Shown here one piece after another: positions 1 to 8,766 of a stretch of 64,000 nt of DNA. Every line of letters starts with the position of its first letter. Within the stretch, counting starts at the first letter, position 1. The stretch is from Limnochordia bacterium (lineage in GTDB: Bacteria; Bacillota; Limnochordia; DTU080), in assembly GCA_050951545.1 (NCBI GenBank), contig JBMNJG010000007.1, forward strand, positions 96,001 through 160,000, in the 5' to 3' direction. Below the pieces are notes generated by a model. The model searched no databases. It was not told the DNA's origin and worked only from the letters and a program-made list of their open reading frames with translations. A program made the position numbers and the translations under genes.

Positions 1-7
1 GGATACC

Positions 8-241
8 ATGGCCCTTGATGAATTGTTTGAGGATGCGGAACGTCTCAAGCTCAGATTTGTATCTGGTTTTGACCGCCTCCATCGCCGGGGGCTGCTGAGC
101 GAATCCGAGTTTGAGGAGCTGCTGGAGGTAATCGACCGTCTAAATGAGTTCTCGGAAGAAGAGCTCGCTGAGAAGCTGGAGAGCCTCATTCGGAAGGTCG
201 AGGAACTTGAGCGATCTAAAGGGGACGAGACGGCCGGCTGA
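8..241 (+). CDS. Small acidic helical hypothetical protein (frame open to the window edge, may start further upstream)
   Basis: 77-aa Glu/Leu-rich ORF on the same strand as the next gene; no family recognised. Confidence 0.6.
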   Translation: MALDELFEDAERLKLRFVSGFDRLHRRGLLSESEFEELLEVIDRLNEFSEEELAEKLESLIRKVEELERSKGDETAG

Positions 242-302
242 GGCCTAAATACTGTCACATCGGCTCTTAACGCTTCGGTTGATGTGAGGAAGGAGTGGGT
301 GG

Positions 303-1343
303 TTGGACATTTCACCCGCCAGACAACTGTCGGAAGCGTCAATTGCGGTTCGTAGGCACCAAAGGTTCGTTGTGCGCGGCACCTTGTTTCTCATGCTAGC
401 AGTCGGCGCGATCTTCGCGTTGCGGGAAGTCGCTCTAAAGAGGGTTAGCATCTACGTGGAGGGCAGCGAACCAGTCGTGGTTACGACGACAGCGTGGCGT
501 GTCGGAGCGGTGCTATCACAGGTAGGGGTGCAGTTGTTTGACGGTGACATCGTCACACCAGCTGTCTCCAATCGTCTGCGGGAAGGTCAGGTCATACAGG
601 TCAAACGGGCCTTCACCGTCAGAATCGCTGCTGATGGTCAGCTACATGAAATTCGCACCACGGAGGTTTCTGTTCAGGCACTGCTCGACATGGTGGGTCT
701 CACTGTTGGAACAGATGACAAGGTCATACCACAGGTGAACGCTCGTCTGAGCGGTGAGGACACGATCCGCGTGATCCGGGTCACCTATGATCACACCACG
801 GAGACACAGGCCATCACTTTCAAGACCGTGCGTAAGTCGGATCCCAGTATGGATCAAGGTACGACGCGTGTGACGAAACAGGGTAAGAATGGTACCTTGG
901 AGAAGACCATCAAACGTACCTACGAAGACGGCAAGCTTGTCAAGCGTAGCGTGGTGGGCGAAAAGGTAACCGTACAGCCTGTTGATGCGATCATTCACGT
1001 GGGAACCAGACCTGTTCCCAAGACCATCCGCGCTTCATCGGGCAAGCTGCTCCAGTACACGGATATGAAGGAGCTGTTGGCTACAGCCTATACACCTCTT
1101 GATGGTTCAGGGGCAGGTATCACCTATACGGGCATCAAGGCCACCAAGGGAGTAGTAGCGGTAGATCCACGGGTGATTCCCTTGGGCAGCCGACTCTATA
1201 TACCGGGATATGGGGAGGCATTGGCTGCTGATACTGGCAGTGCCATCAAGGGCCTGCGTATCGATCTGTGCTATGAGAGCCGCCGGGAAGCTCTCCAGTT
1301 TGGCAGGCGTGTGGTCAAGGTGTACATTCTCGCGAAGCGGTAG
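303..1343 (+). CDS. yabE: YabE-like cell wall protein (DUF348 repeats + G5 + 3D domain)
   Basis: N-terminal TM; DUF348-like repeats; G5-like segment (KQGKNG...IIHVGT); 3D motifs ATAYT, VAVDPRVIPLG, ADTGSAIKG, IDL; RBS AAGGAG; position before rsmA. Confidence 0.88.
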   Translation: MDISPARQLSEASIAVRRHQRFVVRGTLFLMLAVGAIFALREVALKRVSIYVEGSEPVVVTTTAWRVGAVLSQVGVQLFDGDIVTPAVSNRLREGQVIQVKRAFTVRIAADGQLHEIRTTEVSVQALLDMVGLTVGTDDKVIPQVNARLSGEDTIRVIRVTYDHTTETQAITFKTVRKSDPSMDQGTTRVTKQGKNGTLEKTIKRTYEDGKLVKRSVVGEKVTVQPVDAIIHVGTRPVPKTIRASSGKLLQYTDMKELLATAYTPLDGSGAGITYTGIKATKGVVAVDPRVIPLGSRLYIPGYGEALAADTGSAIKGLRIDLCYESRREALQFGRRVVKVYILAKR

Positions 1344-1356
1344 GTGGGAGTCGCAG

Positions 1357-2202
1357 ATGGGCGAGATTCTGGCGACACCAGGGGCCGTACGCAGGCTCAT
1401 CGAGGCGTACGGCTTTCGTCTTAAAAAGAGCCTGGGCCAGAACTTTTTGGTCGATAGGAATATCCTGGACAAGATCATTCGAGTCGCGGAGCTGCAGCCT
1501 AGCGACATTGTGCTTGAGATTGGTCCGGGGGTCGGGGGCCTGACCCAAGCTCTTGCGGAAGCAGGGGCCTTTGTGGTGGCGGTTGAGATCGATAGGAACT
1601 TAGTGGCGATACTGGGTGAGGTACTGGCCGACTATCCGCAGATCCGCGTCGTTCACGGTGATGCGCTGCAGCTACCACTTGCGGAGCTGCTCCCCGCAGG
1701 TAGGGCGTGCCGTGTCGTGGCCAACTTGCCCTATTACATTACCTCCCCACTGTTGCTGAAGTTATTTGAAGAGCAACTCCCGCTAAGCATGGCGGTGGTG
1801 ATGGTGCAGCGTGAAGTGGCTCAGCGCATCGTGGCCAAGCCCGGAAGCAAGGAATACGGGGCTCTTAGTGTCGCCATCGCCTATCATGCGGAAGCTGAGA
1901 TTGTGGCTTCCGTTTCCCGCAGTGTCTTCTTTCCCCCTCCTAACGTTGACTCGAGCGTCCTCCGCTTGCTGCCGCGCCCGTTTCCCTATCCGGCAGCTGA
2001 TGCGGCCACCTTCTCCACCGTTGTTCGTGCTGCCTTCGGTCAGCGGCGCAAGACCCTGCGCAATGCCTTACGAACGGCGGTCAACCACACCTCCACAGTA
2101 CTCGAGCGAGCGGCGATTGATGGCAATCGGCGGGGCGAGACCCTCTCACCCGCGGAGTTCGGGCAGCTCTCTTTGGCCTGCGTCGGTTACCTGAAGGCCT
2201 AA
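1357..2202 (+). CDS. rsmA: 16S rRNA adenine dimethyltransferase RsmA/KsgA
   Basis: KKSLGQNFL, LEIGPGVG, ANLPYYIT, QRRKTLRN, RRGETL motifs; start placed at ATG 1357. Confidence 0.96.
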   Translation: MGEILATPGAVRRLIEAYGFRLKKSLGQNFLVDRNILDKIIRVAELQPSDIVLEIGPGVGGLTQALAEAGAFVVAVEIDRNLVAILGEVLADYPQIRVVHGDALQLPLAELLPAGRACRVVANLPYYITSPLLLKLFEEQLPLSMAVVMVQREVAQRIVAKPGSKEYGALSVAIAYHAEAEIVASVSRSVFFPPPNVDSSVLRLLPRPFPYPAADAATFSTVVRAAFGQRRKTLRNALRTAVNHTSTVLERAAIDGNRRGETLSPAEFGQLSLACVGYLKA

Positions 2203-2277
2203 GCCAGCTCTCGGCAACGCCCACCTGGCCCAAGGGGATGCCGTGATTTCGCGTGTGCAACCAACATTTGCCTTTTG

Positions 2278-2307
2278 TTGGCAGAAGGTTCGCTTCTGTG
2301 CTACAAT
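2278..2307 (+). promoter_or_regulatory. SigmaA-like promoter
   Basis: TTGGCA-N18-TACAAT with extended TG. Confidence 0.5.
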
Positions 2308-2386
2308 GGCGTGAGACAGTAAAATCCGAGCAGAAAGGGGTGGTCCGCTTCCACTCCGATACCCGCTCATGAGATGGGTGATCATC

Positions 2387-2857
2387 ATGCGCTTCATCAG
2401 TCCAACGCGTGGGCCCATGGATTTTGACGCTATGTTTGCTGACATCGTCAGTTACATCCAGGACATACCAGAGGCCAGCTACAAACTAATCATTGGGACC
2501 GACTCACAGATGGCTGAGGAGGTTTGCTTTGTCACCGCCATTGTCGTGCATCGCAAAGGCAAAGGTGGGCGCTATTACTACTCGCGTGAGCGCGAGCGGA
2601 TAAATCGCTCTTTGCGTCAGCGTATCTTCTACGAGACCTCCCGCTCGCTTCAGCTGGCGAGTCAGCTGGCCGCCCGCTTGGCTGAGAACGGCCATGCCGA
2701 CTTGGACGTAGAGATCCACTGCGATGTTGGAGTAAACGGTCAAACCAAGGACTTGATTCGCGAGGTCGTGGGGATGGTGGTAGGATCTGGCTTTGACGCC
2801 CGCATCAAGCCCGACTCCTACGGGGCCTCCAAGGTTGCTGACAAATACACCAAGTAG
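2387..2857 (+). CDS. RNase H-like YkuK / DUF458 family protein
   Basis: IIGTDSQ, GKGGRYYY, RIFYETSRS, EIHCDVG, IKPDSYGASKVAD motifs. Confidence 0.88.
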   Translation: MRFISPTRGPMDFDAMFADIVSYIQDIPEASYKLIIGTDSQMAEEVCFVTAIVVHRKGKGGRYYYSRERERINRSLRQRIFYETSRSLQLASQLAARLAENGHADLDVEIHCDVGVNGQTKDLIREVVGMVVGSGFDARIKPDSYGASKVADKYTK

Positions 2858-2948
2858 ATGCCGCCTGGTAGCTGCGGTGTGTAGATCCTGCCTGATGGGT
2901 ATATTAGTCCCGTTTGGAGTGCGCAGATACATTTTCACCCCGAATGTG

Positions 2949-2978
2949 TTGACAGTGCTGTGTCAGCGTTGATATAAT
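2949..2978 (+). promoter_or_regulatory. SigmaA promoter P1 of veg
   Basis: TTGACA-N18-TATAAT, both hexamers perfect. Confidence 0.8.
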
Positions 2979-2988
2979 ATTTTCTTTG

Positions 2989-3017
2989 TTGACGCAGGGC
3001 GCCTCCCATGGTATACT
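2989..3017 (+). promoter_or_regulatory. SigmaA promoter P2 of veg
   Basis: TTGACG-N17-TATACT with extended TG. Confidence 0.75.
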
Positions 3018-3052
3018 CAATCATGTCAACAAGCGCGGGAAGGGTGGTTCAG

Positions 3053-3322
3053 ATGGCGGTAAAGAGAGGCACCCTAGACCTCATCAAGCAGGATCTTGAG
3101 GCGAATGTCGGAAAGCGCATTAGGCTGAGGGCCAATCGTGGTCGCCGCAAAGTTATTGAGGCCGAAGGGATTCTGGAGCAAACGTACCCCAGAGTCTTTG
3201 TCATTCGGCTTGATGCAAGATCCAGCCCCGTCAAACGGATGTCTTACTCGTATGCTGACGTTCTGACCGAGACGGTAGAGCTGATGATCGACAACAATAG
3301 GGTAGGCGTGGCCAACCTGTAA
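3053..3322 (+). CDS. veg: Veg family protein
   Basis: ANRGRRK, GILEQTYPRVF, SYSYADVLTETVEL; conserved position after rsmA. Confidence 0.95.
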   Translation: MAVKRGTLDLIKQDLEANVGKRIRLRANRGRRKVIEAEGILEQTYPRVFVIRLDARSSPVKRMSYSYADVLTETVELMIDNNRVGVANL

Positions 3323-3344
3323 CAGGGTTAGCGGCGGCTTGAGT

Positions 3345-3376
3345 AAGACCGGCTCCTTTATTGGCCGGTCTTTTTT
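3345..3376 (+). terminator. Intrinsic terminator after veg
   Basis: AAGACCGGC...GCCGGTCTT stem followed by a T-run. Confidence 0.85.
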
Positions 3377-3483
3377 CGTTACCTGGAGGTCTTTGCGAAG
3401 GACGTGTGAAAACATGTGAGCAGGAGGCGTTCTCACTACCACAGCATAGTCGGAGAAGGATTTCATGCGAGGAGATGGAGTGT

Positions 3484-5754
3484 ATGATGGTCAGTTGTGC
3501 ACTTTTGCTCTGTTTGGGGAGTCTTGTGGCCCTCACCCCGATGGCTGGTGCCGAGATGCATGCCATGCCTACGGAGTTCAAGGATGTGGTCACACAGCCT
3601 CCGGAAGTATGGCGATCGAAGCAGGCTGCGGATGTCGCCGCCCGCATAGTTCGTCGCATAGAGGCTGGTGAACTGACCCTCAGCCTGCCCCTTGGCCAAC
3701 TGAGTGTACCTGACGGGATTCTCCCGACACAGATGAGTATCTTAGCCCATGTATATGCCGCTGTGGGCGATGTGAACTTGAAAAAAGCTTTCAACGCAGC
3801 CCTTGAGGTGCTAATCGCGGCGCAGTACCCGAGCGGCGGCTGGCCGACCATCTATCCGAAATACGCGAAATGGGACCTGCATGGCGACATGTACGCTGAC
3901 TCCACGTGGAACGAGATTCCGGCTTTGCTCAAGTCGATTCTTGCTGGCAAACCGCCCTTTGACAGTGATATCGTTTCTGGCCTTGATCGATCGACGTTGG
4001 AGGATGTGCTCAGTCGTATTCCACCCAAGGCAAGCATCAAGCGGTTTGTGTATGCGGACTATGCCTCTCGCAGTTTGCTGTGGTGGAAGTCGGAAGAGGC
4101 AGCTCGCATTGGTGACAATCTCATTTCCTGGCAGATGCCCCACGGAGGATGGTGGGAAGACATTGCCATGGCTGTTCTGCCCTATTCGCCAGAACAGATG
4201 ACCCGCAGCCGTTCTTCAGAGGGCGGAATTGAGAGAGCCACTTTCGACGATCATGGCACAATTGACCCGCTGCGGTACCTGGCCAAGCTGTACGATGCCA
4301 ACAAAGAACCACGCTTCCGGGACGCTTTCTACCGAGGCTTGGATTTCGTGCTGGCGGCTCAGTATGCTTCCGGCGGCTGGCCGCAGAGCCATCCTAATCC
4401 ACGTGGCTACAGTCGTTACGTGACATTTAATGACAACGCGATGGTGAACATCCTCCTGTTTATTCAGGATACCATCTCAGGGAAGGCGCCCTTTGGCTTT
4501 GTCGATCAGGCGCGTCAAGGCCGTCTAACCGAGGCCTTTGATCTGGGGATCGAGCACATCCTCCGGGCTCAGGTCGAGGTCGAGGGTCGCTTGACTGCTT
4601 GGGCGCAACAGCACGATCCTTTCACCTACGAGCCAAAGACGGCCCGGGCTTTTGAACCAGTCGCCATTTCCGGTAACGAATCGGTTGGAGTGGTGGAGCT
4701 GCTGCGCTCCATCCCAGATCCCTCCACGAAGGTAAAGAGGGCCATTCTCAGTGCCCTCGAGTGGTTTGAGGCCGTTCAGCTTTCAGATGGTCGCTGGGCG
4801 CGCTTTTATGAGATTGGCACCAGCCGTCCGATATTTGCCGGACGGGACGGTATCGTTCGTTACGATGTCTCGGAAATCGATAAGGAGCGCCAGATGAATT
4901 ACGCTTGGTTCGGCACGTGGCCCAAGAGCCTCTTGGAGCGGGCCAATGATGGCGCTTACATCGATTCTCTCTATGAGGATCTGCCAGAGTACCCTGGGCT
5001 ACGGGTGAAATTCCATTCACTTCGAAACCGGGCCAGGGTGTCAGGCCAGGTGCCAGTAGACATCTCCATTTTGCACCCCTCCAAGGAGAAAGGCGTCAAA
5101 GAGGTGGTGGTTGATGTAGACGATAGCGTCGTCTATGCAGGGGAGAGACTGCCGGAGCGCGGAGAGCTCGTGATCAATACCGAGCTGCTCGAGGAGGGCC
5201 TGCATACCCTGACGGTGACCACCGTTCATCGTGAACTCGGAACCTACCACCATTCATTGATGGTCAATGTCAACAACATCTGGCGCGTTGTACAGGAGCT
5301 GCAGCCGCCATTGCAGTCGTGGCTTGGGGTCTATGACTTCCTTCAGACGACAAGTCGCTCTGAGGGCTGGGGCTATGACACGGAGCAGAAGGAGCGTTTC
5401 TTCGGCGACCCGCACCGGCTGGTCCGCACGACAGACACTGAAGAGCACCTTATATGGGAGACGCCTCGCTTGAGATCACTGACGTTGACCGCTTACATAC
5501 AGGGCGACACGGCGATTGAGGGTGGGCTAGCCCTGGCAGTGTCGGCCAATGGTCATCAATGGCGGGAGCTTGCATACCAGGCGGCCTATGAAGACGCCTC
5601 GGACAGCTGGCGACGCGTCACGATTCAGGCTGATTTGGATGAGGCCAGCAGTGGAGACTGGTGTCGTCTGACTCTTACGGAGGGCATTGCCAAAGAAAGG
5701 GTGCAGGTTGGTAGGGTGGTCTTGTCGGGATACCACAAAGCGCAGGGTGATTGA
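3484..5754 (+). CDS. Secreted pectate lyase, family PL10 (PelA-like), with C-terminal Ig-like/beta-rich modules
   Basis: Hydrophobic signal peptide; TFDDHGT, AQYASGGWPQ, TFNDNAM, AWAQQH, ARAFEP, WARFYEIG, ERQMNYAW motifs; start approximate. Confidence 0.85.
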   Translation: MMVSCALLLCLGSLVALTPMAGAEMHAMPTEFKDVVTQPPEVWRSKQAADVAARIVRRIEAGELTLSLPLGQLSVPDGILPTQMSILAHVYAAVGDVNLKKAFNAALEVLIAAQYPSGGWPTIYPKYAKWDLHGDMYADSTWNEIPALLKSILAGKPPFDSDIVSGLDRSTLEDVLSRIPPKASIKRFVYADYASRSLLWWKSEEAARIGDNLISWQMPHGGWWEDIAMAVLPYSPEQMTRSRSSEGGIERATFDDHGTIDPLRYLAKLYDANKEPRFRDAFYRGLDFVLAAQYASGGWPQSHPNPRGYSRYVTFNDNAMVNILLFIQDTISGKAPFGFVDQARQGRLTEAFDLGIEHILRAQVEVEGRLTAWAQQHDPFTYEPKTARAFEPVAISGNESVGVVELLRSIPDPSTKVKRAILSALEWFEAVQLSDGRWARFYEIGTSRPIFAGRDGIVRYDVSEIDKERQMNYAWFGTWPKSLLERANDGAYIDSLYEDLPEYPGLRVKFHSLRNRARVSGQVPVDISILHPSKEKGVKEVVVDVDDSVVYAGERLPERGELVINTELLEEGLHTLTVTTVHRELGTYHHSLMVNVNNIWRVVQELQPPLQSWLGVYDFLQTTSRSEGWGYDTEQKERFFGDPHRLVRTTDTEEHLIWETPRLRSLTLTAYIQGDTAIEGGLALAVSANGHQWRELAYQAAYEDASDSWRRVTIQADLDEASSGDWCRLTLTEGIAKERVQVGRVVLSGYHKAQGD

Positions 5755-5770
5755 GTAACATGAGCAAGAA

Positions 5771-5793
5771 CAGGGCGGTCACAGACCGCCCTG
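5771..5793. terminator. Hairpin between convergent genes
   Basis: CAGGGCGGTC-ACA-GACCGCCCTG, 10-bp perfect stem. Confidence 0.6.
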
Positions 5794-5827
5794 CAGTGTG
5801 TCCGTGTGTTCTGCTGAGGGCACTACC

Positions 5828-7096
5828 TTACTGACCGGCCAACGCTGCCTGCGCACGTGGCTCAATGTAGGCGATGGCGTCGGCTACGCTTTTTTGCCGC
5901 GAATAGATCAGATTCCAGGCCTCGGCCTCGAGGTTGAGAATCTGGGTGCCGCCCCTGCCGCTAGTGATGCGCCAGTCCCAGAGCACGTTGACCGCCTCGG
6001 TATACACATACGGGTTGGTGCCAGGAGCCCGCTCGCCCCAACGGCGCACGAAGTCGCGTACGGCCTCTCGGATCACTGGTACGCGGTTTTCGGCTCGGGT
6101 AAACAGGATGACCCCTTCGGCGTCGTAGGCCAAGAACTTCAGCAACTGTCCTGCCTGGGCGATGTTCTTCGAGGCCGCGGCCATACCGATGGAGTGAAAA
6201 CCAGCCTGGCTGGCGCGGGCGTCACCTTTGGGTAGAATGCCAATGCTCCACGAGGGAGCATTGCCCTGTTCGGTGGCCTGCACAAGGGTGTTGAGATAGT
6301 AGACTTGAATGGGACACATCGCTGCTCTGTTCTGCAGGAAGTTGCCGCCTATGACATTGTGCTCCAGCCACAGACTCGTGGTAAACATGAGCGCTCGAAT
6401 CACTTCTGGGGTGTTGCCCAGGTAGCGGGTTCGGTCCTGATCCACATCGGTGGCATTCCACATGCCGAGCATGTTAAAGCCGCCATAGGCGCCAAAACCC
6501 TGGAGACCATACTCCTCGGGTGTCCCGTCGCCGTCGCGGTCGACGGTTAGCTTCTTGGCCATAGCCACGAACTCGTTCCATCCGAGAGCGTCGCCCATCC
6601 AATCTGTGGGCAGGGCATTTACACCGCTTCTGGCAAATAAATCCTTGTTATAGAAGGTGGCGTGAATACTCAGTGCCGTGGGTAGGGAGTAGAGCTTGCC
6701 TCGGACGCGCAAGGCCTCCAATACTGCGGGAGGGTAGTTCTTGAGGTTGATCTGACTGGTGGCGACGAATCCCTCCAAGGCGGTGAGTAGGCCACCTTCA
6801 GCCAAATCCATGATGCGTGCATTGTCACCGTAGACGAGATCCGGGGCGATTCCGCCAGCTGACATGGTGATCACCTTGTCCAGGAGATCTGGCCAGCTCG
6901 CCGCCTGAAGGATCTCTGCTTCTATGCCTGTCCGGGCTGAAAAGGTTTCCAATGACTGACTGAGCTCCGGTCCCCAGGTGGCAAAGGGACCGATTAAGGT
7001 AACCTTGCTGCTCGCTGCCCCAAGACTGGTGAACAACCAGACGACGATCAGTGCCAGCCATGCCTTCGCAGATCCTCTGACTCTGTGAAGTTTCAT
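5828..7096 (-). CDS. ABC transporter solute-binding protein (sugar type), orphan
   Basis: Signal peptide; GGIAPDL, LYSLP, FYNKDLF, AKKLT motifs; RBS AAAGGAG; no permease genes adjacent. Confidence 0.85.
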   Translation of the reverse strand: MKLHRVRGSAKAWLALIVVWLFTSLGAASSKVTLIGPFATWGPELSQSLETFSARTGIEAEILQAASWPDLLDKVITMSAGGIAPDLVYGDNARIMDLAEGGLLTALEGFVATSQINLKNYPPAVLEALRVRGKLYSLPTALSIHATFYNKDLFARSGVNALPTDWMGDALGWNEFVAMAKKLTVDRDGDGTPEEYGLQGFGAYGGFNMLGMWNATDVDQDRTRYLGNTPEVIRALMFTTSLWLEHNVIGGNFLQNRAAMCPIQVYYLNTLVQATEQGNAPSWSIGILPKGDARASQAGFHSIGMAAASKNIAQAGQLLKFLAYDAEGVILFTRAENRVPVIREAVRDFVRRWGERAPGTNPYVYTEAVNVLWDWRITSGRGGTQILNLEAEAWNLIYSRQKSVADAIAYIEPRAQAALAGQ

Positions 7097-7255
7097 TGGG
7101 CGTAGGACTCCTTTCCACTGAGGCTTTCTCGCCAGCATGTCTACATATCTAAACGACATTTCACTACATAGATTACTACCAGACATCGAATGTTCCTTCT
7201 GTACCCCAAAGGGGCCGACAATTTATGAAGGTGGATGCAAAGACGGTGTCCCGTC

Positions 7256-7284
7256 TTCTACGCGCCCTGCAGTCAGCATACTCT
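7256..7284 (+). promoter_or_regulatory. Possible sigmaE-type sporulation promoter
   Basis: TTCTA-N16-CATACTCT matches the cATAcanT -10 box; precedes a spore-type gene. Confidence 0.4.
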
Positions 7285-7319
7285 GTGGTGACACTGGCAC
7301 AGATGAGGGGGGGCAGCCC

Positions 7320-8660
7320 TTGCGATTTTGGCGCGGCATTCGGCCGCATTATCTCAGACTAGAATCGCAGGGCGAGGAGGTACGGTGGCTGCAGCGCCGA
7401 CTGCTAGAGTTGGGCTACGATCCAGGTCCTGTGGATGGGTATTTCGGATACCAGACGCACTCTGCCGTCATGGATTTTCAGCGTGATTTCGGTTTGAGAG
7501 TGGATGCAGTGGCCGGACCCCGGCTGTACGAACTCCTGAATCAGAGCATTGTGCCTCTTCATCAACGGGTGTATGTATTGGCTCCGGGCGAGAGCCTAGC
7601 TGATGCTGCCCGTGTCCTGGAGACACCAGTCGAAGCGTTGCGTTATATGAATCGGTTGCCACCTCGCCATCGGGGCTATCCAGGGCAGAGGCTCATCTGC
7701 CGTTCTCACTACATCGCAGGCGCGCTGTCACTCCCAGAGAGCGCCTCGCTGTACTCGGGACGCAAGGCCTTGCCGATGCTTTCCGCACTTGCAGTGCCAG
7801 TGGGCGTGGTTTCCGGCAAAGAGATCCAGATTCGCCAGCCAGACGAACAGGTGGTGGCACTGGCACGACGAAACGGCCTCGATCTTTGGGGTGTCGTCAC
7901 ACCCGCTGAACACCTTATCGGTGAGACAATGGCGACCGCCAGTCTGGAAGTGCTCACTGCCAAACGCCGCTACTTGCAGCAGGTTACTAAGCGCTTGATC
8001 GCCGTGAGTAGGGATATTGGCGCCGGCCTATGGCTGGATCTCGGACCAGTGCGCTGGGGTGACGGTCCGCGCCTGCAGCGTTTCGCTCGCTTGATGAGAG
8101 AGAGCAACGCGGCTGGTCGACTCATGATCAGCCTGCCTGTGCCGCGGAGTCGGGCACCCAAGCACTGGTGGCTCACCGATGTCGACTACGCCAGTTTGGC
8201 CGAGTTAGCCGACAAGGTGGTGCTTGCAGCACACTATCCAGGCCCTTTGGAGGGCTTCGCAGTTTTCTCAGGCCGTCTGCGAGCGCTATTGCAGGTCGTG
8301 CCAGCATGGAAGAGCCTTCTTGGGCTCAGCCTCAGGGCTGAAGAACGAGACTGTCGCGGGCGACTTCTGCGGGAGAGGGGTTACAGGCAAGCGATTACCA
8401 CGGCGTACCTCGCTGGCGCCAGGCCAGTATGGGATGCGGAGCGATATCTTTCGCGGGCTGCTATCGCGGGTACGGGAAGTGAAAAGGACTCGACCGAGCG
8501 GGTTTTCTGGATACCGGGGCGTGACGCGATTGAGCAGCGTATACGCCTGGTGAGCCGGCTTAATCTAGCAGGCTTGATGCTGTGGCCCTTGGGTGAGGAA
8601 GACGTACGCATCTGGGATATCCTGCGTAAGCGCATGCAGCCTCAGCGCCAAGCAACTTGA
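7320..8660 (+). CDS. PG-binding + LysM + degenerate GH18 protein (SleL/YaaH/YdhD-like spore protein)
   Basis: PG_binding_1 (GEEVRWLQRRL.ELGY.PGPVDGYFG...FQ...GLRVDAVAGP); LysM-like (YVLAPGESL...YPGQRL); GH18-like C-terminus (LAGLMLWPLGEED); TTG start after a G-rich RBS. Confidence 0.75.
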   Translation: MRFWRGIRPHYLRLESQGEEVRWLQRRLLELGYDPGPVDGYFGYQTHSAVMDFQRDFGLRVDAVAGPRLYELLNQSIVPLHQRVYVLAPGESLADAARVLETPVEALRYMNRLPPRHRGYPGQRLICRSHYIAGALSLPESASLYSGRKALPMLSALAVPVGVVSGKEIQIRQPDEQVVALARRNGLDLWGVVTPAEHLIGETMATASLEVLTAKRRYLQQVTKRLIAVSRDIGAGLWLDLGPVRWGDGPRLQRFARLMRESNAAGRLMISLPVPRSRAPKHWWLTDVDYASLAELADKVVLAAHYPGPLEGFAVFSGRLRALLQVVPAWKSLLGLSLRAEERDCRGRLLRERGYRQAITTAYLAGARPVWDAERYLSRAAIAGTGSEKDSTERVFWIPGRDAIEQRIRLVSRLNLAGLMLWPLGEEDVRIWDILRKRMQPQRQAT

Positions 8661-8766
8661 GTTCTTTAGAGCATGATCGATGCGTCTATCGCATATACAT
8701 CCCTGTGAATTGAACGCGTATGTGGTGGACGCGACGCAGAGCTCAATTGCGGGGAGGGAATTCGAC

